64,000 nt of DNA, taken from an uncultured euryarchaeote. Its GTDB lineage: Archaea > Thermoplasmatota > Poseidoniia > Poseidoniales > Poseidoniaceae. The stretch lies in NCBI GenBank assembly GCA_937894115.1, contig CALBFP010000001.1, positions 14,245 to 78,244 of the forward strand, given 5' to 3'. A model generated the notes under the pieces. The model was not told where the DNA came from, ran no database searches, and saw only the letters and a program-made list of their open reading frames with translations. Position numbers and translations under genes: made by a program. Shown piece after piece: positions 59,256-64,000 of this stretch (position 1 is the stretch's first letter; each line of letters begins with the position of its first letter).

Positions 59256-61697
59256 ATGTGGGGGTGGACGCTTGTTCTGGCCGTCCTTGCTTGCATCGTC
59301 TTGATGATCTGCCCTAAATGGAGAGTTGAACGACCGGTCGTTTCCGTTCTACTCCACCTTATCCTTGCAGCACCTTTCGTTGCCCTCGCTTCAAGGTTCA
59401 TCACCAACGATACAACGATTCTGCACGTGGCCATGAACGGAGGCGAAGACCTTCCACTCAAGTATCGGTTTGCTGCAACATGGGCGGCTCGAGAAGGGCC
59501 GCTGTTGATGTGGGCTGCATGGATGGGTTTGGTCGCATGGTGGTTCGGACGACCTCTTGCGTCAGAATTGGACAAAACACATCAACTTCGTTTGAGGCTT
59601 ATGCATGGTTTCACGCTCCTCCTGCTCTTGATTTCGATGACACTCGACCCTTTTGCAAAAAACCAATACGGCTTTACAGGACCGGGGCTGAACGAATTGT
59701 TGCAAACGGATTTGATGGTCATTCATCCACCACTGATTTTTCTGGCCTATTCGCTCTGTATTGCTCTAGCAGCGACAAGTCTAGCCATCCTCCAATACGG
59801 CGATGATACCGATATTGACAAAAGAATGCTTCATCAAACTCGACCAGGACTGTTGATTGCAACCCTTGGTATTGGACTGGGCGGACTCTGGGCCTACACG
59901 GTTCTCGACTGGGGAGGTTATTGGGCATGGGACCCGGTAGAAACCGGATCGTTCCTTCCATGGTTGGCACTGGTCCTCATGGGCCACCTCAGAACGCGTC
60001 CAGGAAAAACATCCACCTTGATGTGGACTGGGCTTGGACTGGCAACTGGTGCTCTTGCACTGTTCGCTACTCTCGTGACACGAGCAGGGGGCGTTTGGGC
60101 TGCTTCCGTCCACACGTTCGTGGTCTCTGCAGAAGGTACGCCACCGACAGATGTTTTTGGTCGTATGATGATTTTGAAAGATCGCGTTGAAGGTGTTGAA
60201 ATCGTCTCCTATGTTCTGCTCATCTTGCTTCTCAGTGGTGTGTTCATTCGCGCAGCACAAGGGACCACAACGCGACCTTTTTCCAATCTGTTCCTTATCC
60301 CGATTCTAGGCGCTGTTATCTCAATTTTATTCGATTACAGGACCTATGAGCATGCTCCTTTACTCTTTTTCGTAGCGATGGTCTTTGCGCCAACGGCTGT
60401 AGACTGGCCCAATAACAAGGCGGAGAAGAACGACGCATTGTGGTCCTACAAAGGATTCCTTGGAACACCGTGGTTGGTTCTTGTTCCGATCGTTGCTTAC
60501 TTGTTAACGCAAGACCTGCTGTTCGTACTTCTCAACGCGTTGATGTTTGTAGCCCTCTACGCAGCCCCTGATGCTCGAAAGGCATGGGGGTGGGGCGCTG
60601 CTGGGACCATGATGAGTTTGGCATCAGCATGGTCTGGTTTGGTAGAATTGCACACAGCCGCTGTTATGGTTGGTTTTTACATTCTACCTTGGTTGGTCAT
60701 GACCGAAGAATTGGATTCGACCCAACCATGGTTGACCCGAAAACGTCTGATGCGAACGACACTTTGGGCGCCTGTGGTGCTTACAAGTTTGTACATCATT
60801 CTTACCTTGATGATCCTTGTTTCCAGCATCGATGCTGTTCAGTTTAACGCTCACGAGCTCTATGGAGCCCCGTTTGTAATGGCAATGGCTCTGGCTATGT
60901 TTGCCTACACGTCCCGTAAACAATCCCCTCAGCAAATCGTCTATGTCGTGTTCGTGGTTGCACTTGCTTCGGTTGTTTTGGCCATCTTTGTTCCGTCCGC
61001 ACTTGGCGGTGATGCGAACGAACCGATTTCAGAAATACTCACCCGAGGGACAATTGCATGGCTGGTTCTGCCATCGATTCTTGTTGCGCTCATTCCAGTG
61101 GGCGCCGAAATCGTAGGTCGTGTTCGGTCTTCGGGATTTAGCAAAGTGGCTCCAGCCGCCCACCTTGTTCACTTCGGATTGCTGCTGCTGCTGGTTGGGC
61201 ACGTGTTCACGACCGTGTTGGTGGACCGGGGAGATGCAACACATCGAATTACATTGGTACGCGACGAAATGGTCGAGGTCGATGGTTACGGTTATGTTTT
61301 CGAAGACATCGTTCTTGAGAGCGAGGACATCGAGGTAGGCGATGGCTATGTTGGAGCCATCATCAGTGTTTACGACGGTGAGCAAAAGATTGGGGAGGTC
61401 GAACCAGGGCTGATTCGTTTCGATGGTTCGCCCAATCCTCCGAGAAGTGAGGTCGATACGTTGGTTCGATATCATGGAGACATTGTGTTTATTTTCGATG
61501 GCTCACAAACAACAGGGCTTATGCAACAGGTTTCAGCAGACGGCGTTGATTCAGTCCAGCGTATGCGAGTCATCATTTACGACCTACCCGGTTCCCATCT
61601 CGTTTGGTTCGGATGGGGATTGATGATGCTGGGTATGGCTTGGCTCACCATCCTCGATGCAAAAAAGACTCCTCATCCGCGCAGTGAGGAAGAGTAG
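59256..61697 (+). CDS. ccmF: cytochrome c maturation protein CcmF
   Basis: W..REG.LL.W, GLNELLQ...M.IHPP, LGG.WAY.VL.WGGYWAWDPVETGS..PW, SVH.F, HL.H.G. Confidence 0.92.
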   Translation: MWGWTLVLAVLACIVLMICPKWRVERPVVSVLLHLILAAPFVALASRFITNDTTILHVAMNGGEDLPLKYRFAATWAAREGPLLMWAAWMGLVAWWFGRPLASELDKTHQLRLRLMHGFTLLLLLISMTLDPFAKNQYGFTGPGLNELLQTDLMVIHPPLIFLAYSLCIALAATSLAILQYGDDTDIDKRMLHQTRPGLLIATLGIGLGGLWAYTVLDWGGYWAWDPVETGSFLPWLALVLMGHLRTRPGKTSTLMWTGLGLATGALALFATLVTRAGGVWAASVHTFVVSAEGTPPTDVFGRMMILKDRVEGVEIVSYVLLILLLSGVFIRAAQGTTTRPFSNLFLIPILGAVISILFDYRTYEHAPLLFFVAMVFAPTAVDWPNNKAEKNDALWSYKGFLGTPWLVLVPIVAYLLTQDLLFVLLNALMFVALYAAPDARKAWGWGAAGTMMSLASAWSGLVELHTAAVMVGFYILPWLVMTEELDSTQPWLTRKRLMRTTLWAPVVLTSLYIILTLMILVSSIDAVQFNAHELYGAPFVMAMALAMFAYTSRKQSPQQIVYVVFVVALASVVLAIFVPSALGGDANEPISEILTRGTIAWLVLPSILVALIPVGAEIVGRVRSSGFSKVAPAAHLVHFGLLLLLVGHVFTTVLVDRGDATHRITLVRDEMVEVDGYGYVFEDIVLESEDIEVGDGYVGAIISVYDGEQKIGEVEPGLIRFDGSPNPPRSEVDTLVRYHGDIVFIFDGSQTTGLMQQVSADGVDSVQRMRVIIYDLPGSHLVWFGWGLMMLGMAWLTILDAKKTPHPRSEEE

Positions 61698-61758
61698 GAT
61701 TTCATCCAATTGACTTATCAACACCATCCGAGTCGCCAAAGCATTCAGGTGAACGAAC

Positions 61759-62454
61759 ATGGAAGAAGGCGACATTATTCACGTTGATTACGACCTTTAC
61801 AACGGCGAGACTGGGGATTTGATCGAAACCACTCGAGAAGCAACGGCTCAAGAGCACGAAATGCATGATGAGAACCGTACGTATCAACCGATGGTCTGCG
61901 TTGTCGGATCGGGTTCTCTTATTCCTGGATTTGAAGAAGCGCTTCTTGAGGCTGAAGTTGACAAAGATGTTGACCTTGAGCTCGCTCCTGCCGATGCATA
62001 CGGTGAGAAAGATGCAACACAAATTGAAACCATCAGCATTGACAAATTACGCCGTGCCGTTCGTGACCCGAATGCACTGTATCTGGGCGCTCCAGTTACC
62101 ATTGGCGGTCGACAAGGTTACCTCTCGTTCCTCGCTGCCGGCCGTGCACGTATCGATTACAACCATCCAATGGCTGGAAAGTCACTCAAATACAACTTCA
62201 AGATTGTCAAAGTCGTCGAAGGAAAGGAAGAGAAAGTTGCTGCGCTTCTTGAATCCAATACCGGTCACAGCGACTTTGGTGTCACGTTCGATGGGGACGA
62301 CCTCAACATCGTCATTCCTCAAACCATGTTGTTCGACACAAATGCAGCGATGATGAAATTCCGTTTGGTAACCGTTCTTCGTGAAGCTGTTGAATGCGCC
62401 AAAGTCTCCTTCATCGAAGAGCACGAGCCCCGTGTCATTGCTGAGGAAGAGTGA
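61759..62454 (+). CDS. FKBP-type peptidyl-prolyl isomerase (archaeal long-type/SlyD)
   Basis: G...IPGFEEAL, P.DAYG, IDYNHPMAGK.L.Y, archaeal C-terminal domain. Confidence 0.92.
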   Translation: MEEGDIIHVDYDLYNGETGDLIETTREATAQEHEMHDENRTYQPMVCVVGSGSLIPGFEEALLEAEVDKDVDLELAPADAYGEKDATQIETISIDKLRRAVRDPNALYLGAPVTIGGRQGYLSFLAAGRARIDYNHPMAGKSLKYNFKIVKVVEGKEEKVAALLESNTGHSDFGVTFDGDDLNIVIPQTMLFDTNAAMMKFRLVTVLREAVECAKVSFIEEHEPRVIAEEE

Positions 62455-62507
62455 AGCGAGAGGGAAGAGATATCTCCCAGACCCTTATCGCAACGTGAGG
62501 GCGAACC

Positions 62508-63890
62508 ATGACAACACTTGAGTCGATTGATGAAGTTCTCGCAAAACATCAGGCTGCGCTCCCTTCCTCCCAAATGTCAAAGGTCGAACTAACCCTTACA
62601 CGAATCTTGTTTATTGGTGTCATTGCGTTCACACTCGGTCTTGTTCTCATGCCTGAGACGGTATGGGACGACGGTCTGCGACCAATTATCTGGGAACCGG
62701 TTGAACAAGATGCTGGAGCCCAAGGAGATGCAGGTTACACCTACCAAAACACGGCGATCTACACCTTTGGCCTCCTCGCATCCGTTGTCGTGTTTCAGGC
62801 ATTGTTCCGAACGTTGGAATTGCCAGCGGATGACAAAATGATGATCGCTCTCATTGCCTGGGTTTGTCTTGCGCCTATCTTTCGCGTCCTCGAGGACGGA
62901 GATTTCTTTCCCTCATCCATCGATTGGCTGCTCATCTCGCCCATAATTCATCTCCATTTGGCCACATGGCTCATTGGCATTGGCCTCGTTTCTCATCTCA
63001 TTGGTAAAAGGTGGGACAGCGTTGATGGAGACGTTGGTGAATTAAACATCCGAATCCGACTCGTCCCCTTGTTGTGCATCGCTCTATTGTTCATGTGGGC
63101 CGTGCTGTACAGACCTGGATATGCAACCCACGATATGGGACGAATTTGGATTGTCATCGGATTGGTGCTCGGATTCACAACTCTGATTTTAGCCTTCCAT
63201 GCAACCCGAGACTGGCCGACCATCACTCGTGGACTTCTGGCATTCGCTGTTGGTGCGTGTTTTGTTGGATTGGGGCATTGGGCGCAACTCGCTGCAACGC
63301 CTTGGTTACAGGAGTCGGGAAGGCTTCCGAATGATGTCGTGCTCTGGCCAGCATTTGTTGTTCTGGGAATACCTGCAGCCATCTGTGTGATTCTCTACCG
63401 CATCGGTAAGGACGACGCCCGTCAACTCAAACTTACAGGATTTGAAGCGGGCGTTCTACCGGAGGGCGTATCGATCAAATCGTGGGAAGAGGAGGAGAAG
63501 GTTGTTGCCGATCACCCTATTGAACAACTCTCCAACAAGGCCCTGCTAGCAAGTCCGTTGGTGCTCGCCATGGTTTTCGGACAACTCTGCGACGGTTTCG
63601 CAACCATGGTCGGTATTGATTACTTCGGGTACTCGGAAAAACACCCTCTAAGCGACGCAGTCATCCAGTACGGAGGAGGAATCAGCGATAGCCTCGGTTG
63701 GGACGTTGAGGGAGCGTGGTTGTTTGCCATTGTCAAAGCCGTATTGGTGAGTATCATCGCCTTCATTTTTGTTGAAATGCGTGTTGAAAATCGTCAAAAG
63801 CATCTGCGGCTGCTGATTGTTTTGGCCGTTCTTATCGTTGGCCTGGCACCAGGTATTCGTGACATTGGGCGCCTGATGCTCGGTGTCTAG
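62508..63890 (+). CDS. DUF63 family membrane protein
   Basis: GY...NT..Y, RVLED, LISP.I, Q..DG.AT..GID..GY.EKH, LGLAPG.RD-like tail (VGLAPGIRD). Confidence 0.8.
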   Translation: MTTLESIDEVLAKHQAALPSSQMSKVELTLTRILFIGVIAFTLGLVLMPETVWDDGLRPIIWEPVEQDAGAQGDAGYTYQNTAIYTFGLLASVVVFQALFRTLELPADDKMMIALIAWVCLAPIFRVLEDGDFFPSSIDWLLISPIIHLHLATWLIGIGLVSHLIGKRWDSVDGDVGELNIRIRLVPLLCIALLFMWAVLYRPGYATHDMGRIWIVIGLVLGFTTLILAFHATRDWPTITRGLLAFAVGACFVGLGHWAQLAATPWLQESGRLPNDVVLWPAFVVLGIPAAICVILYRIGKDDARQLKLTGFEAGVLPEGVSIKSWEEEEKVVADHPIEQLSNKALLASPLVLAMVFGQLCDGFATMVGIDYFGYSEKHPLSDAVIQYGGGISDSLGWDVEGAWLFAIVKAVLVSIIAFIFVEMRVENRQKHLRLLIVLAVLIVGLAPGIRDIGRLMLGV

Positions 63891-63943
63891 AGTCGCGATG
63901 CCTTCAAGGGTTGAAGTGAAGTGGTCGACACAGGTGGAAGCAT

Positions 63944-64000
63944 ATGGATCGACTACCAACACGAGTGAACAAAGCCGATCCCGATTATTCCGCCCGACGA
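63944..64000 (+). CDS. 5' fragment of a gene running off the window
   Basis: ATG 63944 after AGGTGG; MDRLPTRVNKADPDYSARR is open to the window end. Too short to identify. Confidence 0.4.
   Translation, partial: MDRLPTRVNKADPDYSARR

Overview
A gene-dense archaeal chromosome segment: Alba, thermosome, Cdc48/VAT, geranylgeranyl reductase, Bud32, PyrB/PyrI, TATA-box leaderless promoters and GGTGA/GGAGG ribosome-binding sites. Bacterial-type DnaK, ThrRS and HMG-CoA synthase, plus secreted peptidases and acidic surface proteins, suggest Marine Group II Thermoplasmatota (Poseidoniales); this is an inference. I call about 52 CDS and one tRNA-Gly(GCC), and see no rRNA, CRISPR array, transposase or integrase. 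Best candidates for undescribed biology: (1) a speB / speD-like / deoxyhypusine-synthase-like operon with no spermidine synthase, possibly a compact Arg-to-homospermidine pathway; (2) a Roadblock + DUF2226/Roadblock/coiled-coil operon behind a very AT-rich, repeat-containing intergenic region; (3) an Mrp/NBP35 Fe-S scaffold whose CxxC is replaced by a 37-aa insert, paired with a Cys-rich DUF971 gene; (4) a surface protein of 14 CBM5/12-like modules; (5) a COG4337 iota-type carbonic anhydrase and a COG0523 GTPase with a palindromic operator; (6) an actinobacterial Sdh1-type succinate dehydrogenase. All family calls come from motif recognition by eye; no searches were run.
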